38,946 nucleotides of DNA from Catajapyx aquilonaris (Eukaryota): the NCBI GenBank assembly GCA_000934665.2, contig KZ538218.1, positions 62,001 through 100,946 of the forward strand, read 5' to 3'. Position 1 is the first letter of the stretch, and each line of letters begins with the position of its first letter. A program made the position numbers and the translations under genes. Shown here one piece after another: positions 24,673 to 35,741 of the stretch. The notes under the pieces are model-generated. The model saw nothing but the letters and a program-made list of their open reading frames with translations. It did not search any database and was not told where the DNA came from.

Positions 24673-25920
24673 GTATGTGCCATCCCATGCAATCCAACCC
24701 TACCATAGAACAAAACCGATTCATCTGCAGTATTAAGTGTAGCCTATTAGGGGCGCATTGTAAATAATCACTCGCCCGGTCTTCCAGGGAGAATGGGGAA
24801 ATTAGTAGTAAACGACCAGACCTTTTCGGAGGGGGGATTATATAGCTATACCCTTTTCAGAACAGAATCAATGTCCAGGCTTACTGGCTCCAACAATATA
24901 CCGGTATAGGTAACAGCCCTTGCAGCAGGGTTTTTTATAATATCGTGCCATATGCTTACATAAGTGGCGAATTTTTTTTCGCGAACTGAGAATGCGGTAC
25001 TGTTTTTTAGTCATGAGACTTCCCGTGTTGGGAACGAACTTTGGTGTCTGCAAGACGCAGACGGCTGGTGGGTGGGAATGTCCTTGAGTTTTCGTAAACA
25101 ACCAAAGCACATGTCGCGGCCACTATTTTTAGATCACGTCATTGATAACTTGGATGTCGGTAGCACGCAGTCAGAAACGCCTTGTTTGCCCATGTCGTGT
25201 TCCGCTTAGTCTCTTTACGCCTTGATAAATCGGTGGGCTGAGCCTTGATTCTCTGCCACACGCGAGTCAGACGAGGTGCTTGGGTTGCCGGCGTGTAAGG
25301 ATATAGACAATCTCTCGCTCCATGCAGGAACCCCCCCGGGGGTGAATCATTGTTCCTGAGCCCAAGTTAGGGGACGACTCTTCCCGAACTCACGGGAGGC
25401 CATGAAAAATCTGTCGGCGAGTCGTCGCACTCCGGCCTTGTTAAGACGCATTTTGTGTCTTCCCAGGAGACACTAGCGGGGTGTAATCGGAAATTTTATT
25501 GTGCATGGAAGATTGTTTCCAAACCGCTGAGAAACCCCTATTGTGCTGTCCTGATCGCGTATGAGCAGTCAAAAAATATATATATAAAAAGTTGCAAACA
25601 CGTGACGCAGCTCGTAAATAAACACGCGTCTTGGTGTCATAGTGGAATGTGGGGCAGGCGTCCAGGCACTGTTGCCAACTTTTCTTCAGCCGTGTCTTGT
25701 TAGTGATTTGACAATGTAGAGTAAGTGTGAAACTAGGGAACCGCCACCAGAGACGCTTGATTTACGACCCAGCGATTGTCCCGGGGCTTTGAGTGTTTAT
25801 TTAGCCGCGCGGGTCTAATGAGCAGAGGAACCCCTTTCGCCGACTGGAAAAATGAGCCAGTGGCAATGCGAATGTTGATGCGGGTTGTGGAGTTACATAT
25901 TTTTTCGCTTTTTATGACAG

Positions 25921-26691
25921 GTGTGGTTTCAGAATGCCCGCGCAAGGGATCGTCGGGAAGGTCGGCCGGTGACAGTACCTGGCGCGACACCACCTCCACC
26001 AGCACTGTCGATGCCCCGAGCACCGCCACCGCCGCCGCCACCCCCGCCGCCGCCGCCACCCCCGCCGTCCCTGGCACTACGAGGCCTGCAGCCATCCTTC
26101 TTGTCTCCCTTCAACGGAGTACGCTTGTCCCTTCCTCTACTGTACTTTCCAACTGCTCCAGGCTCTCCAGCACCACCTGCACCGCCACCACCGCCGCCTC
26201 CGCCTCCACCTCCTCCCCCACCACCCCCTCCACCTCCACTTCAGCAGCAAAATACGTCGCCGCAACAACAGCAGCAGTTAGAGCAGCCACAACCTCTGGA
26301 CTTGTCCACCAAACGGTTAGGAGCCAGCACACCCTCGCCGTCTCCTCGGCCGCCGTCACTCCTGGCCTCCGACTCGGACGAGGCCGTCAACCTCAGTCAG
26401 AGCTCGTCTCGGAGCTCTTCTCCTGGTCAGCAGCGCCTGGTGCTAGCAGGCCTCTCGCCACCACCCCTTCACCCTCCACCTCCTTCCTCAGGTTCTTCCC
26501 TACCACCTCCACCACCTCCACCTTTGCCTGTGGGTCTGCCCATGCAGTTACAGCTTCAACTGCCGTCGGAGAGCCCCCGCCTGGCTCGTATATTGGCCCA
26601 ACCCCCGCAGCCCAATACCCTGAATGGTAGCCTGGAGGCGCCCACACTCCTCAGTGGTCGTAGGTCACCAGACAGGCGATTGACGCAGCAG
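25921..26691 (+). CDS. zfh1: zfh1 exon F: homeodomain recognition helix (VWFQNARARDRRE), polyproline tracts, CtBP-binding PLDLS
   Basis: Acceptor tttttatgacAG, donor CAG|GTGAGT, 771 nt, phase 0-0. PLDLS is encoded at 26293-26307. Confidence 0.94.
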
Positions 26692-26880
26692 GTGAGTCAG
26701 CTGGGTGCAGGCAGAGCAGAAGACGGCACAGTTGTTCAGTGTTGAGGGTTATTGTATCAATGTATGTTGCATGCCAATTGTGATCTCAATCAGGAAACTG
26801 AATTGCAGTGGCCTCATCCAACCTGGAGGAGTGGACCCCCAGGGAGAACAGCTCATGTAACGAACGCTGTCTCTTGGCAG

Positions 26881-27064
26881 GAGGATGGTGGGTCTGAGGA
26901 GGACTCGAGCAGCAGCATGGGCGAGCAGGTGTCGCCAAGTAAGAAGCGACGCTCGTGGAGACAGCTGCGACTGGAGGAGGGCGAGGGCCACTTTGCGTGC
27001 GACCAATGCGACAAGACCTTCTCCAAACAGAGCTCGTTGGCCAGGCATAAATACGAGCACTCGG
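26881..27064 (+). CDS. zfh1: zfh1 exon G: first C-terminal finger ([25 protein letters not shown])
   Basis: Acceptor ctcttggcAG, donor G|GTGAGC (phase 1). [10 protein letters not shown] is a ZEB signature. Confidence 0.95.
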
Positions 27065-27148
27065 GTGAGCCAGCAGCAGGTGACGTTAGTGGTATCCAAG
27101 GCTCCCAAATGCACTGAAGGCTAGCAGAAACTTCCTTCTTTCCTGTAG

Positions 27149-27183
27149 GCCTGCGACCACACAAGTGCGATGTCTGCAGCAAA

Positions 27184-27218
<35 letters not shown>

Positions 27219-27342
27219 ACGGCTGCACTCTGGAGAGAAACCGTTTCAATGCTCCAAGTGCCTGAAGCGCTTCTCCCACTCAGGCTCCTACTCGCAACAC
27301 ATGAATCACCGATACTCCTATTGCAAGCCATACAGGGAGTAG
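27149..27342 (+). CDS. zfh1: zfh1 terminal coding exon H: last two fingers ([63 protein letters not shown])
   Basis: Follows an 84-nt intron; acceptor ttcctgtAG in phase 1; TAG stop at 27340-27342. The C-terminus matches the conserved Zfh1 ending. Confidence 0.96.
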
Positions 27343-27635
27343 TACCGGTAGTCTTTATTCTTCTTCCTCCTTTTTTTCTTTCCCTTGTCCTGCTCCTCCT
27401 TCTCCATCACCTCCTCCTCTGTCTTAGACTTTATATTTCTCGCTCTGTCTGTCTCCCTCTCTGTCTCTATCTCTCTCACTGTCTCCATCTTGCATTACTC
27501 TCTCCATCTCCCATCTTTCTCTCTCATTCTCTTGATGTGGATGGCTCGGCTCCGCGCTCTTTTAGTCCGCGTGCCATTATACTTCCAATCCCAGGGCACT
27601 TTTTTAGACCATAAGAATAGATGAATTATGAAATT

Positions 27636-27675
27636 AATAATAATAATAATAATAATTAATAATAATAATAATAAT
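27636..27675. repeat. (AAT)n microsatellite in the putative 3' UTR
   Basis: Read directly. Confidence 0.9.
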
Positions 27676-28870
27676 GCTGTACCTATTTTCATCCTATTTG
27701 AATTTTGTAGTGCGTAGACAAGTGAATGGTACCTGTACAATACTCATTATGCAGTCCACATGTTTTGGATGTTTGTGAGGAACGGGCGAACGAAGCAACC
27801 CCAATGTGCCATACGACAACGCGTCTTCCACCTCGGAGCCCAAAACACGTTGCAATCAGCCACTAGTCAGGCCAGGCCGTGAATCGTCAAGTCAGTCACC
27901 ACTCCCCTTGCTAGAGGAAGAAGAGGTGTTATTTTTGATAGTCTCGGTTGGCGGCGCCGCATCACATCCTCTCCTCCTCCACTTGTTCTCCAAAGCACCT
28001 CCCTGATACCACTTCTATTCAGATGGGCTCCTTATAACAAGTCCCTCCTCCAGTGAACATGCGTACATACATTCATACACGCATACATGCGACCTACACA
28101 CGTACATAACACACACACTCACACAACCACCAGAGAAAAACTACTGACCTTCGTGGGCCTCAAAGGCTGACCTCATCCTTGACCTCTCCTCCTCACCTCC
28201 TCCTCTCCTCCTCTCTTCTCAGCATTCCAATTGGAGGCGGTGGGTAGCGGGGGGGACACGTGGCCCGCCCTAGGCCCCCCTCACCTAGTTTGTAGCCGCA
28301 AATGACAAGGACAATACTCGAGGGGGGCCTGCAGATCAGGCCATGACTCCCCCCCCAGACGCCCCTTCCCTCCAACCTCGCTGTCTGTGGCTGCTGCACA
28401 ATTCCTTCCGTTAGTCTGTACATATGCAAGTTTCCTCGTCTCTTCCTGTGTCCATTTTCTCTCTTCCATGTCGGCGTAGGCTAAGGCGAAGTTGCATGTG
28501 ATCCTAAGCCCCGCGAGAAGCCGCCACAATCGGCTTCTTTTCCCATTGTTTCATTGTTCCTATTCAGGAAGACTTGGAAAAATTGTGCCAACAATGAATT
28601 GTGCTTCCATTGTTGTACGAAAACTTCAAAAAAACGAAGTTTTGTTAGGCCAGTGTAAAGGATACAAAGTCAACACAATGAACAAAGTGTATTCCGTCAA
28701 AATTTTAATTTTTTATACAGGAAAATGTATAATTTTGTATATGGATGTACATTTTAAGGCAGGAGCAAACAACGAAACCCTTTTAGTTCCTTCCTCGTTT
28801 TCCCTTGCAATAGAAGGTTGCCCTTCTGTGGGCCGGTTGGTTTCTTCCGTTGCTCCACATCTCTGCGACA

Positions 28871-28912
28871 CCCATCCCATCCCATCCCATCCCATCCCAT
28901 CCCATCCCATCC
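28871..28912. repeat. (CCCAT)n pentanucleotide repeat
   Basis: About 8 perfect units. Confidence 0.9.
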
Positions 28913-29975
28913 TTACTCCTCTCCTCTCCACTTACCTCTCCACTTCCTTTCCATATAATCCTGTCTTGTTCTACCTGCCCCACCCACCCTCCTTTTTTCC
29001 TGATGTCTCCTGACCTAACCTACCTACCTCAAAATTCCACTTATTCCTCACCTACCACTCCATTCCTTACCTACAAATATTTTTCCCTCTCCGAAGACAC
29101 CCACCCTTTATTGTCTTCTGCTCCATTCTCATCTACTGCTGATAATATTATTACTATATGCATTCATGATAACCCTGCGAAAGATGGGAAAATATATGCA
29201 ACTTCCAATGACATTGTTTGCATTATGTAACAATTTGTCCTATGATGTATGAAATAAAGATTTTTGTGAACTTAAAAAAGAGGCAAAAAAAAATCTGTTT
29301 CGTTTTTTTCTTCCTTCTCTCCCAGCCCTTGTAATGATTTTATACATGTAGTATTCTTGGCAGGTTCTGCTAAACTCACTCCAAGAAGGCGGAACCAGAT
29401 GCATAATCGAGTCTAATACGAGTAGAATTTCTTGGAGGTGACTTTGTACTGCTCTTTGTATATTTTGCAAAATACCGGTACCTCACATGTTGAATGCATT
29501 TCATATGATATGTCAGATGTGCACATGCTACTTATAATAGACACAAGCAAGGTCTCTTTCATCATTTCATTACACCTTTTTATTACCCTAAAACCCTGGA
29601 TTAAAAACCAACCCTAATTCAATGTGTCGCTTGAAAATGATCATAATGAAGTTGAATATGCAAATATTATTGCAACAATAATTGCAGAAATGCAAGCACG
29701 AAGCGAAGTAGGGAGAGGTAGAGGGGAAAAGAAAGAAAAAAGGCCGGCATTATGCAACAACTAGCTAGTCCTAGCGGGCTGCCAGATTACAACCATCGCC
29801 TTTCGAAAACGTGCAGCCCAGCCCTGAACCTTTTACTCACCAGCTGTGCATGAGAGCTGCCAGGGGCAGCGGCGAGGGTGAGCCCCGGGTTGATGAAGGC
29901 CTGTAGACCAAGGGCGGAGACGGAGCAGAGATCACCAGTTCCACGTACTCGTCCTTACGCCTGACTAGACACAAC

Positions 29976-30205
29976 CAGGGTCACCTACATGAGTGCCTCC
30001 CCCACCTAGACAGGGTATTGTCTATCCGCCATATTGGAGCTAATTCACATAGGAGCTACATGCAGTGAAAAAAAACAAAAACGAATCGCTTGCCAATTCC
30101 CTATCCTGCAGCATGGGGCGGCCATATTGGAGCTAGATTGCATAAGGACTACGTGAAGACAATACCCGGGTTAGGGTGGGGGAGGCAACCATGTAGGGGA
30201 CCCTG
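29976..30205. mobile_element. hAT-type MITE
   Basis: Exact 8-bp target-site duplication GACACAAC (29968-29975 and 30206-30213). Imperfect inverted termini of about 48 bp starting CAGGGTC. Internal direct repeat GCCATATTGGAGCTA. Confidence 0.88.
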
Positions 30206-30289
30206 GACACAACTCGTGACGTCACGCATGAATAAGCTGCTACCGTTATTATCTGCCTTCGCAGGAATTAGCACGGGGATAGGTCGGCT

Positions 30290-30532
30290 CCCTACATTCT
30301 GCCAAGACTGGCCACAGACTGGCTAAGTCGGCCGACACCTTCACGCGACATCGGCCCGACATTGTGGGCCGACTTTTTGTGCTACTTGGGGAGTTTGAAT
30401 GGCAATAGATCTGCTGCCAATATCGGCCCAATATTGGCTTCAGACTGGCTAGATAGGCCATATATTGCCCAAGATTCAATATATTGGGCCAATATTCGTC
30501 CAATATTGGCCCAACTTTTTGTGCTACCTGGG
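30290..30532. mobile_element. Terminal fragments of a DNA transposon, possibly CACTA/EnSpm-like
   Basis: Two tandem ends, ACTTTTTGTGCTAC(T/C)TGGG, at about 30372-30390 and 30514-30532, with repeated AATATTGGCCC-like subterminal motifs. No matching opposite end seen. Confidence 0.4.
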
Positions 30533-30728
30533 TATGGTGACATAGTCTACTGTAGTTTATGTTGCTGGGATATTTTAACTTGACATGCTAAAATCACACT
30601 ATTATATAATAAGGACAAGTAAGAAAATCCTTGCAATATTGTGCCCGATGATACTGATAATATTGTTTATTATAGCCTACTTGATGAGCTTATCCTCTGA
30701 GAAACTTTGCCAATCTTTTAGCTAAAAG

Positions 30729-32547
30729 CAGGGGCGCATCCACGGGGGGGGGGNGGGGGGGGGGGGCAATGAGCCCATGACTCCGATTTCAAACGAACGG
30801 CGCAAAAGTTCATATCTGCCCTTCTTTTCAATAATTTGCCAAACAACAAATTATTTTCATTTCCCTAACTAGTCCCAACTAGTGTTGTAAAAAACTGCCG
30901 GAAATTTTGACTGCCGGAAAAAAATCAGGTTTATTCCCCCGGGAAAAATAGTTTTCTTTGCCAAAAATGGGGTTTTCTCCAAACAGATTAAATTTTTTCA
31001 CACTTTTATTGGCTTTTTATGCACACTATACAATTCGTATTATATCCCACTGTTCGGAAATGTCAAATTATTAATATTAATACCATAAAATATGAGAGGT
31101 GTGGTGGAAAAAGGTGATAATACTCATTTTTGACCCAAACACCTATAGCAACAACTATGTAAAAGACATGACAAACAGTTTGTTATACCTCTCCAAGTTC
31201 ACGTATCATGCACGATACTGCAACACGGACTAGATCAAAACCCGCATTCCCTATGATTTGTTAAGAGAATGCAAACTTCAATTCGCTCTCCTGAAAAATT
31301 ACACTTATGTGGGTTATCACATTTTTCCACCACATCCCTCAAATAAATTGAAGAGAACGAACCACACTTCATTTGATTCTCCCTTCTTTGTGGAGAATTC
31401 CCCGAAGGACTCCAGGAACCAATCACTTCATAACAGTGTTTTCAGTGGGAGTAGTTTGTAAATGTCTAGGACAAAAAGATTCCATATTGCAGTGATTTGG
31501 TAGAATCTTTTGAGATAGGGCCTACTTTGATATTTTTAACTGGCTAAAAAGCCAACCCTAAGTGTTTTATGAAAAGCGCCTGCACTTGGATGATTCTATG
31601 TCACATATTGAAAATAATGTACCCTATTGATATTTCATATATTTTTTTTTACCTCTGCCTTAGTATCAGTGTTGTCATGCCAAATCATATAGTGACTTTC
31701 ATCACCAAAAAAAGGTTGGCTATTTCAACTGGTTGGCTTGCTTCTTGGTTTCCTTTCATCAACATGCTTAAAATTTAGTCGTGCAAACATTTTATCTATC
31801 CAGTTTATTGGCATTTACCAAGTACAGTATTTGCTTTAGAGGAAAATGCTGAAACCAGGCAGCAAATCCCAGATAATTACAACTGGAAAACTACCCAACA
31901 GACTATTTGGGAATATCAGAAAAATTCGTGCGTCGGATAATATTGTTATAGTACTGTACGTACTATGGAGCTCAAATGGTTTTGGCCACTTTATCCTGGT
32001 CTTGAAGCAACCCTTCGCACAGGCCCCACGTTGAGCCCCATAGTACAACTGGTAGTCAAACTCCATATTAAACATTACATGAAAAATTAATTTTGATGGT
32101 CGAAGTAATTTGAAAACTGATTTAAAAGACCCTGCAGCACAAGCATTAGTGATTGGTGATAGTGATGTCCAGAAACTTGATGAGTTTTTCCATTTTTGTA
32201 CACTGAAGTCGCCATACTGTAACTTACATCGTAGAAAATGAAATATTTTATGCGACATATTTCATCTCATTATTTTCTATATAAAATATTTGGAGCGTAA
32301 ATAAAATGTGCTGAGTTTTCATAAAATATTCCGGGTCTTCGGGGAAAAAACCGGAAAGCAACCGAATTTTGCTCTGAAAAACCCGAAAAAAGCCCCGGAT
32401 GTTACAACCCTAGTCCCAACACTAAATAAATTCGCGTTTTGGCATTTTAAATATAGTTCAGAACACGTTGTGCGTTTTGAAAACGACCTTCTTTTTTTTT
32501 CTTCAAAATAGTCCCTCCCCCATAAGTCCTCTCTGGATCCGCCCCTG
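30729..32547. mobile_element. CAGGGGCGGATCC-family MITE interrupted by a nested hAT element
   Basis: Left end CAGGGGCGCATCCA, right end TGGATCCGCCCCTG, with TAAAAG on both flanks. Same termini as the intact copy at 34864-35224. Confidence 0.7.
30880..32412. mobile_element. Non-autonomous hAT-type element (1533 bp)
   Basis: Termini TAGTGTTGTAA and TTACAACCCTA. Exact 8-bp target-site duplication GTCCCAAC (30872-30879 and 32413-32420). Subterminal CCGG(A)AAA repeats at both ends. Confidence 0.85.
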
Positions 32548-32566
32548 TAAAAGGCGAGGGTATATA

Positions 32567-33132
32567 CAGGGTGTTTATTGTAACTCTGCAAAGACTTGCA
32601 GGGGTAATAGAGGGGACCAAGACAAACATTTTTGACATAGGAAACCATGTCCGGAAACGCCATCTAGAGGGGGTTCATAGACAAGGAACGGGTGCGCTCA
32701 GACGCGTCACGCGAGAGGTGCTAGGTGAGCGGATTGTTTTGTTGATAGATGGCACTCGGATAGTAACCAACGATGCGATGTGCCATAACGTGGCAACAAC
32801 AGAGCCATCTAGCAACTAAAGTCCGCCTCCTAGCTAGGAGACGCGCAGATAATCAACAGCGGTTCTGTTGTTGCCAGGTTATGGCGTATCGCGTTGTTGT
32901 TTACTTACAACGACACGATACCCCCTAACCTGGCAACACCTGCGTGCCATCTATCAACAAAACAGTCCGATCTACTAGCGCCTCTCGCGTGACGCGTCTG
33001 AGCGCACCCGTTCCTTGTCTATGAACCCCCTCTAGATGGCGTTTCCGGACATGGTTTCCTATGTCAAAAATGTTTGTCTTGGTCCCCTCTATCACCCCTG
33101 CAAGTCTTTGCAGAGTTACAATAAACACCCTG
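32567..33132. mobile_element. Tc1/mariner-type long-TIR MITE, copy 1
   Basis: TA|CAGGGTGTTTATTG ... CAATAAACACCCTG|TA, with near-perfect inverted arms of about 189 bp. Confidence 0.93.
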
Positions 33133-34863
33133 TATATGAAGAGATATTACTTTTTGGTAACAGTATTATAATAGAGATGTTAACATAATTATGAAGATCT
33201 GAAATGTAAAATGTACAAAGTTGCATTTGAATAATTTTGAGTTAGGTGGGTTTGAAGTTTGCATTATCCCATATGGAAAAAATAATTTTTCCTCCTAATT
33301 TTTCTAGGAAACTATTATTTTCTAATTAGGAAATCTGGCCAGCCGAAAAGCTCTTGTTGCTGTACACATAATAGCTAGTTCCAATCATAAGCGGGTCATA
33401 CTAATATTTTTTTTTTTTTTGCATGTGGAAGAACAGAAAAGCTATAGACACAGAAAGGTGGTTTGTGATTGGCCCAGAGAATGTCATTTATGGTATCAAA
33501 AGTTGATATCTGGCCTATCTTTCGCTTTAGATAATTAAGGTAGATAAATGCTGAGTATGATATCCATCATGCTGCGGCTAAATTACTAAATTGGGCTATC
33601 CAACTAGTCTTTATTAGCTAGAATGGACCGTTTTTGCCATGTTATTGATCCTAGTCAAGTAATTAATTATATACTTTTCAGCATTCCTTATTTTCGCAAG
33701 AATGCCCAGCTACTTTTTGGACCTGCTGCTATTCCTCTGAAGAGATTATATGGTACTTTTTCCAGAAACCATCAAATACTCTCCGAATTTCGTATCTTTT
33801 CGACATGCTTATCATTTTGGTTCCATTTTTCCTTCCTTTCATTTAGTGGTGACCACCCAAGTTTTCCGTCTTCAAAAAGAGAAGCTTATTGGGAGCCGAC
33901 CTTGGAAGCGGTTGTCTCCTATAGATTTTTTATGCTCTTTTCACTGCGTATGTGTGCAGTACATGTGCCTGGTTCCGATTGTTACAATACTGGTTGTTGG
34001 TACCACGAAGGGGACGAGGTCATATTATGAGTGTTACGACCACGTATTCGGAATAGCCAGCGAGGGCATAAGTATCTTCCTAAGTCGTCTGTCCTTGTGA
34101 GATAATATACGGTACTAATTTTGTATTTTTTGCAGGAAGTGCTAGTTACATTCTTGCGTGCCATTTTTGCGACCTGCCCTGAGAAGGTATTTCCTTCCAC
34201 TTTGGTCAGCCGAGACACACCTCAGATGAGTATAACTTTGTACAGTTACACTACCGGCATTATGATATACCGGTATGGATGTGTGAATTTTGGTCGATTG
34301 GAAAAAAGGGATTAGTTTGATTTACCTATTTGAAAGTATGTTGATGTCTAATTTATTGGCAGTGCTCATCTTGGAGCGGAGTTTTCATTTGGTGTAGTAC
34401 TTACCAGTATTGGTCACCTTATTGTTTTTGACATTCTCTATAGTGTTATTTTCTTTGGTTATTATGTTAATTTGAAGCAGATTTGAACAATTCATTTGAG
34501 TTTTAGGCACCTATCCTCTCATTTCCTTTACTCTGCCTTGCAATCCCTTTCTTACCAAATCCGTTTTACAGAAAGAATGACCGGTCCCCAAAAAATTAAT
34601 CAAAACCCAGTATATATTTTTTGTGAGACACATTTTCTCAAAAGGCTGTAACTTTTGTTTTTATGCAAAAACCAGCAGATTTCCCCCCAAAAATTCTCAA
34701 ATAAGCCATTTTACATTTTTAATTTTAATTTTGTGGTAGGCTATTACCAAGAATTACCTGCGCTACGTATGATAAATAACCCCAAAACCTAGTGTCTATT
34801 TGTGATAAGTGAGATACAAATTTTTGAGAAGTGGTAATTCTTTCTTTTAAAAAACATTCAAAC

Positions 34864-35224
34864 CAGGGGCGGATCCAAGGGGGGGGGGGGTCACGGGGGT
34901 CATGACCCCCCCCCCCCCAAACCATGGAAAGAGAAATATTTTCTAAATTTTTATCTGCAAATTAGGATGATTTTTGGGGAAAAGTGCTACCAATTTCATC
35001 AAATACTGTACACACCCATTCGAATCTCCTACATTCACCTAAGCTCGTGTGACCTTGAACCCCCCAAAAATTTTCGCCTGCGGCGCTTTTGCTCCCCGCC
35101 CTTTTCGACTTATGCCCCCGCCCCGCCTCGTAAACGCCACCAAGTCTATGGTATGGTACAGAACGGTCCGACAGGACCTTGACGGTATGACCCCTTCCAA
35201 ATCGAAAGTCTGGATCCGCCCCTG
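34864..35224. mobile_element. hAT-type MITE with CAGGGGCGGATCCA termini
   Basis: Perfect 14-bp terminal inverted repeats and an exact 8-bp target-site duplication ATTCAAAC (34856-34863 and 35225-35232). Confidence 0.92.
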
Positions 35225-35282
35225 ATTCAAACTTCAAAAACTATTTTCTCAAAATATCCACTTTAAATATTCTTTTTTTTAA

Positions 35283-35520
35283 ACTAGCTGCGGCACCCGG
35301 CGTTGCCCGGGAAGAAATGAATGAAGGGAAAACACCTGCCAGTACCCCCGTCAACTGTCTGTCTTTCTGTGTGTCCGCCCACCAATGACATTTACGGTAC
35401 ACCCTGTATCGCGGGTGCTTGGAAATGTCATTCTCCCACCATGAAAACATGATGCATACTCTGGAGTAAATCCAGCGGTTTTGCTGCCCTTTCCCCCTGT
35501 TGGGTTGGTATGTTGTACCT
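35283..35520. mobile_element. Helentron/DINE-1(HINE)-like fragment
   Basis: T-run followed by ACTAGCTG..CCCGGCGTTGCCCGGG and an internal (CTGT)n-like microsatellite, as seen in insect non-autonomous rolling-circle elements. Boundaries uncertain. Confidence 0.4.
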
Positions 35521-35523
35521 AAC

Positions 35524-35741
35524 CAAGCTTTGAACCGCTCCGAACCCCGCTCCTGAACCGGGTTCAACTCCGGAGCCGTTCGCTCCGAACCAGCTCCGCC
35601 CTTCACTCCACTCTTCCCCTGAACCGGCTTGAACCCGAACCCCGTTCCGACGCTCGCTCCGGACTCCGGCTCTACTGCTCCGGAGCGGGTTCGCTGTTAT
35701 CGGGTTCACGGAGCAAGGGTTCGGTTCGGTTCACAACCCTG
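35524..35741. mobile_element. Degenerate hAT-like MITE rich in GAACCG/CGGTTC subterminal repeats
   Basis: GAACC repeats on the left become GGTTC on the right. Right terminus CACAACCCTG; left terminus degraded. Confidence 0.5.

Larger units (their letters stand above)
27343..29280 (+). other. zfh1: Probable zfh1 3' UTR with candidate polyadenylation signal AATAAA at 29253-29258
   Basis: Follows the stop codon and contains TGTA-rich stretches. First AATAAA I could find, with T-rich sequence downstream. The endpoint is inferred; an ATTAAA near 29600 could give a longer UTR. Confidence 0.5.

Noticed and set aside
25776..26630. 284-aa Thr/Ala/Ser-rich overlapping ORF
   Set aside because: Shadow frame of the proline-rich zfh1 exon.
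27165..27614. 149-aa hydrophobic ORF
   Set aside because: Out-of-frame overlap of the last exon plus a CT-rich UTR.
31836..32258. 140-aa ORF inside the hAT-type element
   Set aside because: No recognisable transposase motif.
32571..33128. Repeated MFIVTLQRL... ORFs (also at 38411)
   Set aside because: Artefacts of the MITE inverted arms.
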